From NCBI GenBank assembly GCA_964016885.1, contig CAXHJY010000793.1:36001-100000 (forward strand): DNA of 64,000 nucleotides, given 5' to 3'. Both the position numbers and the translations under genes were made by a program. Below the pieces are notes generated by a model. The model was not told where the DNA came from. It was given only the letters and a program-made list of their open reading frames with translations, and searched no databases. This stretch comes from Eledone cirrhosa. Taxonomy: Eukaryota. This document shows, piece after piece, positions 43,901 through 59,000 of this stretch; position 1 is the stretch's first letter; every line of letters starts with the position of its first letter.

Positions 43901-46900
43901 CTGCCCTAGACATGTGTGACACTCTACCAATTACTGTCAATCCACTGCCCTAGACATGTGTGACACTCTACCAATTACTGTCAGTCCACTGCCCTAGACA
44001 TGTGTGACACTCTACCAATTACTGTCAGTCCACCGCCCTAGACATGTGTGACACTCTACCAATTACTGTCAATCCACCGCCCTAGACATGTGTGACACTC
44101 TACCAATTACTGTCAATCCACTGCCCTAGACATGTGTGACACTCTACCAATTACTGTCAGTCCACTGCCCTAGCCATGTGTGACTACCAATTACTGTCAA
44201 TCCACCTCCCTAGACATGTGTGACACTCTACCAATTACTGTCAATCCACTGCCCTAGACATGTGTGACACTCTACCAATTACTGTCAATCCACTGCCCTA
44301 GACATGTGACACTCTACCAATTACTGTCAATCCACTGCCCTAGACATGTGTGACACTCTACCAATTTCTGTCAGTCTACTGCCCTAGACATGTGTGACAC
44401 TCTACCAATTACTGTCACTCCACCGCCCTAGACATGTGTGACACTCTACCAATTACTGTCAATCCACTGCCGTAGACATGTGTGACACTCTACCAATTAC
44501 TGTCAATCCACTGCCCTAGACATGTGTGACACTCTACCAATTACTGTCAGTCCACTGCCCTAGACATGTGTGACACTCTACCAATTACTGTCAATCCACT
44601 GCCCTAGACATGTGTGACACTCTACCAATTACTGTCAATCCACCGCCCTAGACATGTGTGACACTCTACCAATTACTGTCAATCCACCACCCTAGACATG
44701 TGTGACACTCTACCAATTACTGTCAATCCACTGCCCTAGACATGTGTGACACTCTACCAATTACTGTCAGTCCACTGCCCTAGACATGTGTGACACTCTA
44801 CCAATTACTGTCAATCCACTGCCCTAGACATGTGTGACACTCTACCAATTACTGTCAGTCTACTGCCCTAGACATGTGTGACACTCTACCAATTACTGTC
44901 AGTCCACTGCCCTAGACATGTGTGACACTCTACCAATTACTGTCAATCCACCGCCCTAGACATGTGTGACACTCTACCAATTACTGTCAATCCACTGCCC
45001 TAGACATGTGTGACACTCTACCAATTACTGTCAATCCACTGCCCTAGACATGTGTGACACTCTACCAATTACTGTCAATCCACTGCCCTAGACATGTGTG
45101 ACACTCTACCAATTACTGTCAATCCACCGCCCTAGACATGTGTGACACTCTACCAATTACTGTCAATCCACTGCCCTAGACATGTGTGACGCTCTACCAA
45201 TTACTGTCAGTCCACTGCCCTAGATATGTGTGACACTCTACCAATTACTGTCAATCCACTGCCCTAGACATGTGTGACACTCTACCAATTACTGTCAATC
45301 CACCGCCCTAGACATGTGTGACACTCTACCAATTACTGTCAACCCACCGCCCTAGACATGTGTGACACTCTACCAATTACTGTCAACCCACTGCCCTAGA
45401 CATGTGTGACACTCTACCAATTACTGTCAATCCACCGCCCTAGACATGTGACACTCTACCAATTACTGTCAATCCACTGCCCTAGACATGTGTGACACTC
45501 TACCAATTACTGTCAACCCACTGCCCTAGACACGTGTGACACTCTACCAATTACTGTCAGTCCACTGCCCTAGACATGTGTGACACTCTACCAATTACTC
45601 TTAGTCCACCGCCCTAGACATGTGTGACACTCTACCAATTACTGTCAGTCCACTGCCCTAGACATGTGTGACACTCTACCAATTACTGTCAATCCACTGC
45701 CCTAGACATGTGTGACACTCTACCAATTACTGTCAGTCCACTGCCCTAGACATGTGTGACACTCTACCAATTACTGTCAGTCCACTGCCCTAGACATGTG
45801 TGACACTCTACCAATTACTGTCAATCCACTGCCCTAGACATGTGTGACACTCTACCAATTACTGTCAATCCACTGCCCTAGACATGTGTGACACTCTACC
45901 AATTACTGTCAGTCCACTGCCCTAGACATGTGTGACACTCTACCAATTACTGTCAGTCCACCGCCCTAGACATGTGTGACACTCTACCAATTACTGTCAA
46001 TCCACCGCCCTAGACATGTGTGACACTCTACCAATTACTGTCAATCCACTGCCCTAGACATGTGTGACACTCTACCAATTACTGTCAGTCCACTGCCCTA
46101 GCCATGTGTGACTACCAATTACTGTCAATCCACCTCCCTAGACATGTGTGACACTCTACCAATTACTGTCAATCCACTGCCCTAGACATGTGTGACACTC
46201 TACCAATTACTGTCAATCCACTGCCCTAGACATGTGACACTCTACCAATTACTGTCAATCCACTGCCCTAGACATGTGTGACACTCTACCAATTACTGTC
46301 AGTCTACTGCCCTAGACATGTGTGACACTCTACCAATTACTGTCACTCCACCGCCCTAGACATGTGTGACACTCTACCAATTACTGTCAATCCACTGCCG
46401 TAGACATGTGTGACACTCTACCAATTACTGTCAATCCACTGCCCTAGACATGTGTGACACTCTACCAATTACTGTCAAACCACTGCCCTAGACATGTGTG
46501 ACACTCTACCAATTACTGTCAATCCACTGCCCTAGACATGTGTGACACTCTACCAATTACTGTCAATCCACTGCCCTAGACATGTGTGACACTCTACCAA
46601 TTACTGTCAGTCCACTGCCCTAGACATGTGTGACACTCTACCAAGTACTGTCAATCCACTGCCCTAGACATGTGTGACACTCTACCAATTACTGTCAATC
46701 CACTGCCCTAGACATGTGTGACACTCTACCAATTACTGTCAGTCTACTGCCCTAGACGTGTGTGACACTCTACCAATTACTGTCAATCCACCGCCCTAGA
46801 CATGTGTGACACTCTACCAATTACTGTCAATCCACTGCCCTAGACATGTGTGACACTCTACCAATTACTGTCAGTCTACTGCCCTAGACATGTGTGACAC

Positions 46901-49900
46901 TCTACCAATTACTGTCAATCCACTGCCCTAGACATGTGTGACACTCTACCAATTACTGTCAGTCCACTGCCCTAGATATGTGTGACATTCTACCAATTAC
47001 TGTCAATCCACTGCCTCAGACATTTGTGACACTCTACCAATTACTGTCAGTCCACTGCCCTAGATATGTGTGACACTCTACCAATTACTGTCAATCCACT
47101 GCCCTAGACATGTGTGACACTCTACCAATTACTGTCAATCCACCGCCCTAGACATGTGTGACACTCTACCAATTACTGTCAATCCACTGCCCTAGACATG
47201 TGTGACACTCTACCAATTACTGTCAACCCACCGCCCTAGACATGTGTGACACTCTACCAATTACTGTCAACCCACTGCCCTAGACATGTGTGACACTCTA
47301 CCAATTACTGTCAATCCACCGCCCTAGACATGTGTGACACTCTACCAATTACTGTCAATCCACCGCCCTAGACATGTGTGACACTCTACCAATTACTGTC
47401 AACCCACTGCCCTAGACATGTGTGACACTCTACCAATTACTGTCAATCCACCGCCCTAGACATGTGTGACACTCTACCAATTACTGTCAACCCACCGCCC
47501 TAGACATGTGTGACACTCTACCAATTACTGTCAACCCACTGCCCTAGACATGTGTGACACTCTACCAATTACTGTCAATCCACCGCCCTAGACATGTGAC
47601 ACTCTACCAATTACTGTCAATCCACTGCCCTAGACATGTGTGACACTCTACCAATTACTGTCAACCCACTGCCCTAGACATGTGTGACACTCTACCAATT
47701 ACTGTCAATCCACTGCCCTAGACATGTGTGACACTCTACCAATTACTGTCAGTCCACTGCCCTAGACATGTGTGACACTCTACCAATTACTGTCAGTCCA
47801 CTGCCCTAGACATGTGTGACACTCTACCAATTACTGTCAATCCACTGCCCTAGACATGTGTGACACTCTACCAATTACTGTCAATCCACTGCCCTAGACA
47901 TGTGTGACACTCTACCAATTACTGTCAATCCACTGCCCTAGACATGTGTGACACTCTACCAATTACTGTCAGTCCACTGCCCTAGCCATGTGTGACACTC
48001 TACCAATTACTGTCAATCCACTGCCCTAGACATGTGACACTCTACCAATTACTGTCAATCCACTGCCCTAGACATGTGTGACACTCTACCAATTACTGTC
48101 AGTCTACTGCCCTCGACATGTGTGACACTCTACCAATTACTGTCAGTCCACTGCCCTAGACATGTGTGACACTCTACCAATTACTGTCAATCCACTGCCC
48201 TAGACATGTGTGACACTCTACCAATTACTGTCACTCCACCGCCCTAGACATGTGTGACACTCTACCAATTACTGTCAATCCACTGCCGTAGACATGTGTG
48301 ACACTCTACCAATTACTGTCAATCCACTGCCCTAGACATGTGTGACACTCTACCAATTACTGTCAATCCACTGCCCTAGACATGTGTGACACTCTACCAA
48401 TTACTGTCAATCCACTGCCCTAGACATGTGTGACACTCTACCAATTACTGTCAATCCACTGCCCTAGACATGTGTGACACTCTACCAATTACTGTCAATC
48501 CACTGCCCTAGACATGTGTGACACTCTACCAATTACTGTCAGTCCACTGCCCTAGACATGTGTGACACTCTACCAAGTACTGTCAATCCACTGCCCTAGA
48601 CATGTGTGACACTCTACCAATTACTGTCAATCCACTGCCGTAGACATGTGTGACACTCTACCAATTACTGTCAGTCTACTGCCCTAGACGTGTGTGACAC
48701 TCTACCAATTACTGTCAATCCACCGCCCTAGACATGTGTGACACTCTACCAATTACTGTCAATCCACTGCCCTAGACACGTGTGACACTCTACCAATTAC
48801 TGTCAGTCTACTGCCCTAGACATGTGTGACACTCTACCAATTACTGTCAGTCCACTGCCCTAGACATGTGTGACACTCTACCAATTACTGTCAGTCTACT
48901 GCCCTAGACATGTGTGACACTCTACCAATTACTGTCAATCCACCGCCCTAGACATGTGTGACACTCTACCAATTACTGTCAATCCACTGCCCTAGATATG
49001 TGTGACATTCTACCAATTACTGTCAATCCACTGCCTCAGACATTTGTGACACTCTACCAATTACTGTCAATCCACCGCCCTAGACATGTGTGACACTCTA
49101 CCAATTACTGTCAATCCACTGCCCTAGACATGTGTGACACTCTACCAATTACTGTCAGTCCACTGCCCTAGACATGTGTGACACTCTACCAATTACTGTC
49201 AATCCACTGCCCTAGACATGTGTGACACTCTACCAATTACTGTCAATCCACCGCCCTAGACATGTGTGACACTCTACCAATTACTGTCAATCCACCACCC
49301 TAGACATGTGTGACACTCTACCAATTACTGTCAATCCACTGCCCTAGACATGTGTGACACTCTACCAATTACTGTCAGTCCACTGCCCTAGACATGTGTG
49401 ACACTCTACCAATTACTGTCAATCCACTGCCCTAGACATGTGTGACACTCTACCAATTACTGTCAGTCTACTGCCCTAGACATGTGTGACACTACCAATT
49501 ACTGTCAGTCCACTGCCCTAGACATGTGACACTCTACCAATTACTGTCAATCCACTGCCCTAGACATGTGTGACACTCTACCAATTACTGTCAGTCCACA
49601 GCCCTAGACATGTGTGACACTCTACCAATTACTGTCAGTCCACTGCCCTAGACATGTGTGACACTCTACCAATTACTGTCAACCCACTGCCCTAGACATG
49701 TGTGACACTCTACCAATTACTGTCAATCCACTGCCCTAGACATGTGTGACACTCTACCAATTACTGTCAGTCCACCGCCCTAGACATGTGTGACACTCTA
49801 CCAATTACTGTCAACCCACTGCCCTAGACATGTGTGACACTCTACCAATTACTGTCAATCCACCGCCCTAGACATGTGACACTCTACCAATTACTGTCAA

Positions 49901-52900
49901 TCCACTGCCCTAGACATGTGTGACACTCTACCAATTACTGTCAATCCACTGCCCTAGACATGTGACACTCTACCAATTACTGTCAATCCACTGCCCTAGA
50001 CATGTGTGACACTCTACCAATTACTGTCAGTCTACTGCCCTAGACATGTGTGACACTCTACCAATTACTGTCACTCCACCGCCCTAGACATGTGTGACAC
50101 TCTACCAATTACTGTCAATCCACTGCCCTAGACATGTGTGACACTCTACCAATTACTGTCAATCCACTGCCGTAGACATTTGTGACACTCTACCAATTAC
50201 TGTCAATCCACTGCCCTAGACATGTGTGACACTCTACCAATTACTGTCAATCCACTGCCGTAGACATGTGTGACACTCTACCAATTACTGTCAATCCACT
50301 GCCCTAGACATGTGTGACACTCTACCAATTACTGTCAGTCCACTGCCCTAGACATGTGTGACACTCTACCAATTACTGTCAATCCACTGCCCTAGACATG
50401 TGTGACACTCTACCAATTACTGTCAATCCACCGCCCTAGACATGTGTGACACTCTACCAATTACTGTCAATCCACCACCCTAGACATGTGTGACACTCTA
50501 CCAATTACTGTCAATCCACTGCCCTAGACATGTGTGACACTCTACCAATTACTGTCAGTCCACTGCCCTAGACATGTGTGACACTCTACCAATTACTGTC
50601 AATCCACTGCCCTAGACATGTGTGACACTCTACCAATTACTGTCAGTCTACTGCCCTAGACATGTGTGACACTCTACCAATTACTGTCAGTCCACTGCCC
50701 TAGACATGTGTGACACTCTACCAATTACTGTCAATCCACCGCCCTAGACATGTGTGACACTCTACCAATTACTGTCAATCCACTGCCCTAGACATGTGTG
50801 ACACTCTACCAATTACTGTCAATCCACTGCCCTAGACATGTGTGACACTCTACCAATTACTGTCAATCCACTGCCCTAGACATGTGTGACACTCTACCAA
50901 TTACTGTCAATCCACCGCCCTAGACATGTGTGACACTCTACCAATTACTGTCAATCCACTGCCCTAGACATGTGTGACGCTCTACCAATTACTGTCAGTC
51001 CACTGCCCTAGATATGTGTGACACTCTACCAATTACTGTCAATCCACTGCCCTAGACATGTGTGACACTCTACCAATTACTGTCAATCCACCGCCCTAGA
51101 CATGTGTGACACTCTACCAATTACTGTCAACCCACCGCCCTAGACATGTGTGACACTCTACCAATTACTGTCAACCCACTGCCCTAGACATGTGTGACAC
51201 TCTACCAATTACTGTCAATCCACCGCCCTAGACATGTGACACTCTACCAATTACTGTCAATCCACTGCCCTAGACATGTGTGACACTCTACCAATTACTG
51301 TCAACCCACTGCCCTAGACACGTGTGACACTCTACCAATTACTGTCAGTCCACTGCCCTAGACATGTGTGACACTCTACCAATTACTCTTAGTCCACCGC
51401 CCTAGACATGTGTGACACTCTACCAATTACTGTCAGTCCACTGCCCTAGACATGTGTGACACTCTACCAATTACTGTCAATCCACTGCCCTAGACATGTG
51501 TGACACTCTACCAATTACTGTCAGTCCACTGCCCTAGACATGTGTGACACTCTACCAATTACTGTCAGTCCACTGCCCTAGACATGTGTGACACTCTACC
51601 AATTACTGTCAATCCACTGCCCTAGACATGTGTGACACTCTACCAATTACTGTCAATCCACTGCCCTAGACATGTGTGACACTCTACCAATTACTGTCAG
51701 TCCACTGCCCTAGACATGTGTGACACTCTACCAATTACTGTCAGTCCACTGCCCTAGACATGTGTGACACTCTACCAATTACTGTCAATCCACCGCCCTA
51801 GACATGTGTGACACTCTACCAATTACTGTCAATCCACTGCCCTAGACATGTGTGACACTCTACCAATTACTGTCAATCCACTGCCCTAGACATGTGACAC
51901 TCTACCAATTACTGTCAATCCACTGCCCTAGACATGTGTGACACTCTACCAATTACTGTCAGTCTACTGCCCTAGACATGTGTGACACTCTACCAATTAC
52001 TGTCACTCCACCGCCCTAGACATGTGTGACACTCTACCAATTACTGTCAATCCACTGCCGTAGACATGTGTGACACTCTACCAATTACTGTCAATCCACT
52101 GCCCTAGACATGTGTGACACTCTACCAATTACTGTCAATCCACTGCCCTAGACATGTGTGACACTCTACCAATTACTGTCAATCCACTGCCCTAGACATG
52201 TGTGACACTCTACCAATTACTGTCAATCCACTGCCCTAGACATGTGTGACACTCTACCAATTACTGTCAGTCCACTGCCCTAGACATGTGTGACACTCTA
52301 CCAAGTACTGTCAATCCACTGCCCTAGACATGTGTGACACTCTACCAATTACTGTCAATCCACTGCCCTAGACATGTGTGACACTCTACCAATTACTGTC
52401 AGTCTACTGCCCTAGACGTGTGTGACACTCTACCAATTACTGTCAATCCACCGCCCTAGACATGTGTGACACTCTACCAATTACTGTCAATCCACTGCCC
52501 TAGACATGTGTGACACTCTACCAATTACTGTCAATCCACTGCCCTAGACATGTGTGACACTCTACCAATTACTGTCAGTCTACTGCCCTAGACATGTGTG
52601 ACACTCTACCAATTACTGTCACTCCACCGCCCTAGACATGTGTGACACTCTACCAATTACTGTCAATCCACTGCCGTAGACATGTGTGACACTCTACCAA
52701 TTACTGTCAATCCACTGCCCTAGACATGTGTGACACTCTACCAATTACTGTCAATCCACTGCCCTAGACATGTGTGACACTCTACCAATTACTGTCAATC
52801 CACTGCCCTAGACATGTGTGACACTCTACCAATTACTGTCAATCCACTGCCCTAGACATGTGTGACACTCTACCAATTACTGTCAGTCCACTGCCCTAGA

Positions 52901-55410
52901 CATGTGTGACACTCTACCAAGTACTGTCAATCCACTGCCCTAGACATGTGTGACACTCTACCAATTACTGTCAATCCACTGCCCTAGACATGTGTGACAC
53001 TCTACCAATTACTGTCAATCCACTGCCCTAGACATGTCTGACACTCTACCAATTACTGTCAACCCACTGCCCTAGACATGTGTGACACTCTACCAATTAC
53101 TGTCAATCCACTGCCCTAGACATGTGTGACACTCTACCAATTACTGTCAATCCACTGCCCTAGACATGTCTGACACTCTACCAATTACTGTCAACCCACT
53201 GCCCTAGACATGTGTGACACTCTACCAATTACTGTCAATCCACCGCCCTAGACATGTGTGACACTCTACCAATTACTGTCAATCCACTGCCCTAGACATG
53301 TGTGACACTCTACCAATTACTGTCAGTCTACTGCCCTAGACATGTGTGACACTCTACCAATTACTGTCAATCCACTGCCCTAGACATGTGTGACACTCTA
53401 CCAATTACTGTCAGTCCACTGCCCTAGATATGTGTGACATTCTACCAATTACTGTCAATCCACTGCCTCAGACATTTGTGACACTCTACCAATTACTGTC
53501 AGTCCACTGCCCTAGATATGTGTGACACTCTACCAATTACTGTCAATCCACTGCCCTAGACATGTGACACTCTACCAATTACTGTCAATCCACCGCCCTA
53601 GACATGTGTGACACTCTACCAATTACTGTCAATCCACTGCCCTAGACATGTGTGACACTCTACCAATTACTGTCAACCCTCCGCCCTAGACATGTGTGAC
53701 ACTCTACCAATTACTGTCAACCCACTGCCCTAGACATGTGTGACACTCTACCAATTACTGTCAATCCACCGCCCTAGACATGTGTGACACTCTACCAATT
53801 ACTGTCAATCCACCGCCCTAGACATGTGTGACACTCTACCAATTACTGTCAACCCACTGCCCTAGACATGTGTGACACTCTACCAATTACTGTCAATCCA
53901 CCGCCCTAGACATGTGTGACACTCTACCAATTACTGTCAACCCACCGCCCTAGACATGTGTGACACTCTACCAATTACTGTCAACCCACTGCCCTAGACA
54001 TGTGTGACACTCTACCAATTACTGTCAATCCACCGCCCTAGACATGTGACACTCTACCAATTACTGTCAATCCACTGCCCTAGACATGTGTGACACTCTA
54101 CCAATTACTGTCAACCCACTGCCCTAGACATGTGTGACACTCTACCAATTACTGTCAATCCACTGCCCTAGACATGTGTGACACTCTACCAATTACTGTC
54201 AGTCCACTGCCCTAGACATGTGTGACACTCTACCAATTACTGTCAGTCCACTGCCCTAGACATGTGTGACACTCTACCAATTACTGTCAATCCACTGCCC
54301 TAGACATGTGTGACACTCTACCAATTACTGTCAATCCACTGCCCTAGACATGTGTGACACTCTACCAATTACTGTCAATCCACTGCCCTAGACATGTGTG
54401 ACACTCTACCAATTACTGTCAATCCACTGCCCTAGACATGTGTGACACTCTACCAATTACTGTCAATCCACTGCCCTAGACATGTGTGACACTCTACCAA
54501 TTACTGTCAATCCACTGCCCTAGACATGTGTGACACTCTACCAATTACTGTCAATCCACTGCCCTAGACATGTGTGACACTCTACCAATTACTGTCAGTC
54601 CACTGCCCTAGACATGTGTGACACTCTACCAATTACTATCAATCCACTGCCCTAGACATGTGTGACTACCAATTACTGTCAATCCACTGCCCTAGACATG
54701 TGTGACACTCTACCAATTACTGTCAGTCCACTGCCCTAGACATGTGTGACACTCTACCAATTACTGTCAATCCACTGCCCTAGACATGTGTGACGCTCTA
54801 CCAATTACTGTCAGTCCACTGCCCTAGATATGTGTGACACTCTACCAATTACTGTCAATCCACTGCCCTAGACATGTGTGACACTCTACCAATTACTGTC
54901 AATCCACTGCCCTAGACATGTGTGACACTCTACCAATTACTGTCAATCCACTGCCCTAGACATGTGTGACACTCTACCAATTACTGTCAGTCCACTGCCC
55001 TAGACATGTGTGACACTCTACCAATTACTATCAATCCACTGCCCTAGACATGTGTGACTACCAATTACTGTCAATCCACTGCCCTAGACATGTGTGACAC
55101 TCTACCAATTACTGTCAGTCCACTGCCCTAGACATGTGTGACACTCTACCAATTACTGTCAATCCACTGCCCTAGACATGTGTGACGCTCTACCAATTAC
55201 TGTCAGTCCACTTCCCTAGATATGTGTGACACTCTACCAATTACTGTCAATCCACTGCCCTAGACATGTGTGACACTCTACCAATTACTGTCAATCCACT
55301 GCCCTAGACATGTGTGACACTCTACCAATTACTGTCAGTCTACTGCCCTAGACGTGTGTGACACTCTACCAATTACTGTCAATCCACCGCCCTAGACATG
55401 TGTGACACTC
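27800..55410. repeat. ~12.3-kb block (about 27800-40110) repeated nearly identically at about 43100-55410 (offset 15,298; ends approximate)
   Basis: Paired markers at constant offset 15,298: TAGCCATG 28876/44174, CTTAG 30302/45600, GTCAAACC 31181/46479, CCACAGCC 34302/49600, CTTAG 36090/51388, CACTTCCC 39915/55213. Confidence 0.93.
37574..43617. repeat. Tandem duplication of 69 monomers (3,022 bp x2: 37574-40595, 40596-43617)
   Basis: CAAGTACT 37623/40645, CACTTCCC 39915/42937, TGTGAGTCC 40126/43148, all at offset 3022. 3022 = 69x44 - 3x2 - 2x4, matching the deletion monomers seen. Confidence 0.93.
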
Positions 55411-56099
55411 TACCAATTACTGTCAATCCACTGCCCTAGACATGTGTGACACTCTACCAATTACTGTCAATCCACTGCCCTAGACATGTGTGACACTCTA
55501 CCAATTACTGTCAGTCTACTGCCCTAGACATGTGTGACACTCTACCAATTACTGTCAATCCACTGCCGTAGACATGTGTGACACTCTACCAATTACTGTC
55601 AATCCACTGCCCTAGACATGTGTGACACTCTACCAATTACTGTCAATCCACTGCCCTAGACATGTGTGACACTCTACCAATTACTGTCAATCCACTGCCC
55701 TAGACATGTGTGACACTCTACCAATTACTGTCAATCCACTGCCCTAGACATGTGTGACACTCTACCAATTACTGTCAGTCCACTGCCCTAGACATGTGTG
55801 ACACTCTACCAAGTACTGTCAATCCACTGCCCTAGACATGTGTGACACTCTACCAATTACTGTCAATCCACTGCCCTAGACATGTGTGACACTCTACCAA
55901 TTACTGTCAATCCACTGCCCTAGACATGTCTGACACTCTACCAATTACTGTCAACCCACTGCCCTAGACATGTGTGACACTCTACCAATTACTGTCAATC
56001 CACTGCCCTAGACATGTGTGACACTCTACCAATTACTGTCAATCCACTGCCCTAGACATGTCTGACACTCTACCAATTACTGTCAACCCACTGCCCTAG

Positions 56100-59000
56100 A
56101 CATGTGTGACACTCTACCAATTACTGTCAATCCACCGCCCTAGACATGTGTGACACTCTACCAATTACTGTCAATCCACTGCCCTAGACATGTGTGACAC
56201 TCTACCAATTACTGTCAGTCTACTGCCCTAGACATGTGTGACACTCTACCAATTACTGTCAATCCACTGCCCTAGACATGTGTGACACTCTACCAATTAC
56301 TGTCAGTCCACTGCCCTAGATATGTGTGACATTCTACCAATTACTGTCAATCCACTGCCTCAGACATTTGTGACACTCTACCAATTACTGTCAGTCCACT
56401 GCCCTAGATATGTGTGACACTCTACCAATTACTGTCAATCCACTGCCCTAGACATGTGTGACACTCTACCAATTACTGTCAATCCACCGCCCTAGACATG
56501 TGTGACACTCTACCAATTACTGTCAATCCACTGCCCTAGACATGTGTGACACTCTACCAATTACTGTCAACCCACCGCCCTAGACATGTGTGACACTCTA
56601 CCAATTACTGTCAACCCACTGCCCTAGACATGTGTGACACTCTACCAATTACTGTCAATCCACCGCCCTAGACATCTGTGACACTCTACCAATTACTGTC
56701 AATCCACCGCCCTAGACATGTGTGACACTCTACCAATTACTGTCAACCCACTGCCCTAGACATGTGTGACACTCTACCAATTACTGTCAATCCACCGCCC
56801 TAGACATGTGTGACACTCTACCAATTACTGTCAACCCACCGCCCTAGACATGTGTGACACTCTACCAATTACTGTCAACCCACTGCCCTAGACATGTGTG
56901 ACACTCTACCAATTACTGTCAATCCACCGCCCTAGACATGTGACACTCTACCAATTACTGTCAATCCACTGCCCTAGACATGTGTGACACTCTACCAATT
57001 ACTGTCAGTCCACTGCCCTAGACATGTGTGACACTCTACCAATTACTGTCAATCCACTGCCCTAGACATGTGTGACACTCTACCAATTACTGTCAGTCCA
57101 CTGCCCTAGACATGTGTGACACTCTACCAATTACTGTCAGTCCACTGCCCTAGACATGTGTGACACTCTACCAATTACTGTCAATCCACTGCCCTAGACA
57201 TGTGTGACACTCTACCAATTACTGTCAATCCACTGCCCTAGACATGTGTGACACTCTACCAATTACTGTCAATCCACTGCCCTAGACATGTGTGACACTC
57301 TACCAATTACTGTCAGTCCACTGCCCTAGCCATGTGTGACACTCTACCAATTACTGTCAATCCACTGCCCTAGACATGTGACACTCTACCAATTACTGTC
57401 AATCCACTGCCCTAGACATGTGTGACACTCTACCAATTACTGTCAGTCTACTGCCCTCGACATGTGTGACACTCTACCAATTACTGTCAGTCCACTGCCC
57501 TAGACATGTGTGACACTCTACCAATTACTGTCAATCCACTGCCCTAGACATGTGTGACACTCTACCAATTACTGTCACTCCACCGCCCTAGACATGTGTG
57601 ACACTCTACCAATTACTGTCAATCCACTGCCATAGACATGTGTGACACTCTACCAATTACTGTCAATCCACTGCCCTAGACATGTGTGACACTCTACCAA
57701 TTACTGTCAATCCACTGCCCTAGACATGTGTGACACTCTACCAATTACTGTCAATCCACTGCCCTAGACATGTGTGACACTCTACCAATTACTGTCAATC
57801 CACTGCCCTAGACATGTGTGACACTCTACCAATTACTGTCAATCCACTGCCCTAGACATGTGTGACACTCTACCAATTACTGTCAGTCCACTGCCCTAGA
57901 CATGTGTGACACTCTACCAAGTACTGTCAATCCACTGCCCTAGACATGTGTGACACTCTACCAATTACTGTCAATCCACTGCCGTAGACATGTGTGACAC
58001 TCTACCAATTACTGTCAGTCTACTGCCCTAGACGTGTGTGACACTCTACCAATTACTGTCAATCCACCGCCCTAGACATGTGTGACACTCTACCAATTAC
58101 TGTCAATCCACTGCCCTAGACACGTGTGACACTCTACCAATTACTGTCAGTCTACTGCCCTAGACATGTGTGACACTCTACCAATTACTGTCAGTCCACT
58201 GCCCTAGACATGTGTGACACTCTACCAATTACTGTCAGTCTACTGCCCTAGACATGTGTGACACTCTACCAATTACTGTCAATCCACCGCCCTAGACATG
58301 TGTGACACTCTACCAATTACTGTCAATCCACTGCCCTAGACATGTGTGACACTCTACCAATTACTGTCAGTCCACTGCCCTAGACATGTGTGACACTCTA
58401 CCAATTACTGTCAATCCACTGCCCTAGACATGTGTGACACTCTACCAATTACTGTCAATCCACTGCCCTAGACATGTGTGACACTCTACCAATTACTGTC
58501 AATCCACTGCCCTAGACATGTGTGACACTCTACCAATTACTGTCAGTCCACTGCCCTAGACATGTGTGACACTCTACCAATTACTGTCAATCCACTGCCC
58601 TAGACATGTGTGACACTCTACCAATTACTGTCAATCCACCGCCCTAGACATGTGTGACACTCTACCAATTACTGTCAATCCACTGCCCTAGACATGTGTG
58701 ACACTCTACCAATTACTGTCAGTCCACTGCCCTAGACATGTGTGACACTCTACCAATTACTGTCAATCCACTGCCCTAGACATGTGTGACACTCTACCAA
58801 TTACTGTCAATCCACCGCCCTAGACATGTGTGACACTCTACCAATTACTGTCAATCCACCACCCTAGACATGTGTGACACTCTACCAATTACTGTCAATC
58901 CACTGCCCTAGACATGTGTGACACTCTACCAATTACTGTCAGTCCACTGCCCTAGACATGTGTGACACTCTACCAATTACTGTCAATCCACTGCCCTAGA

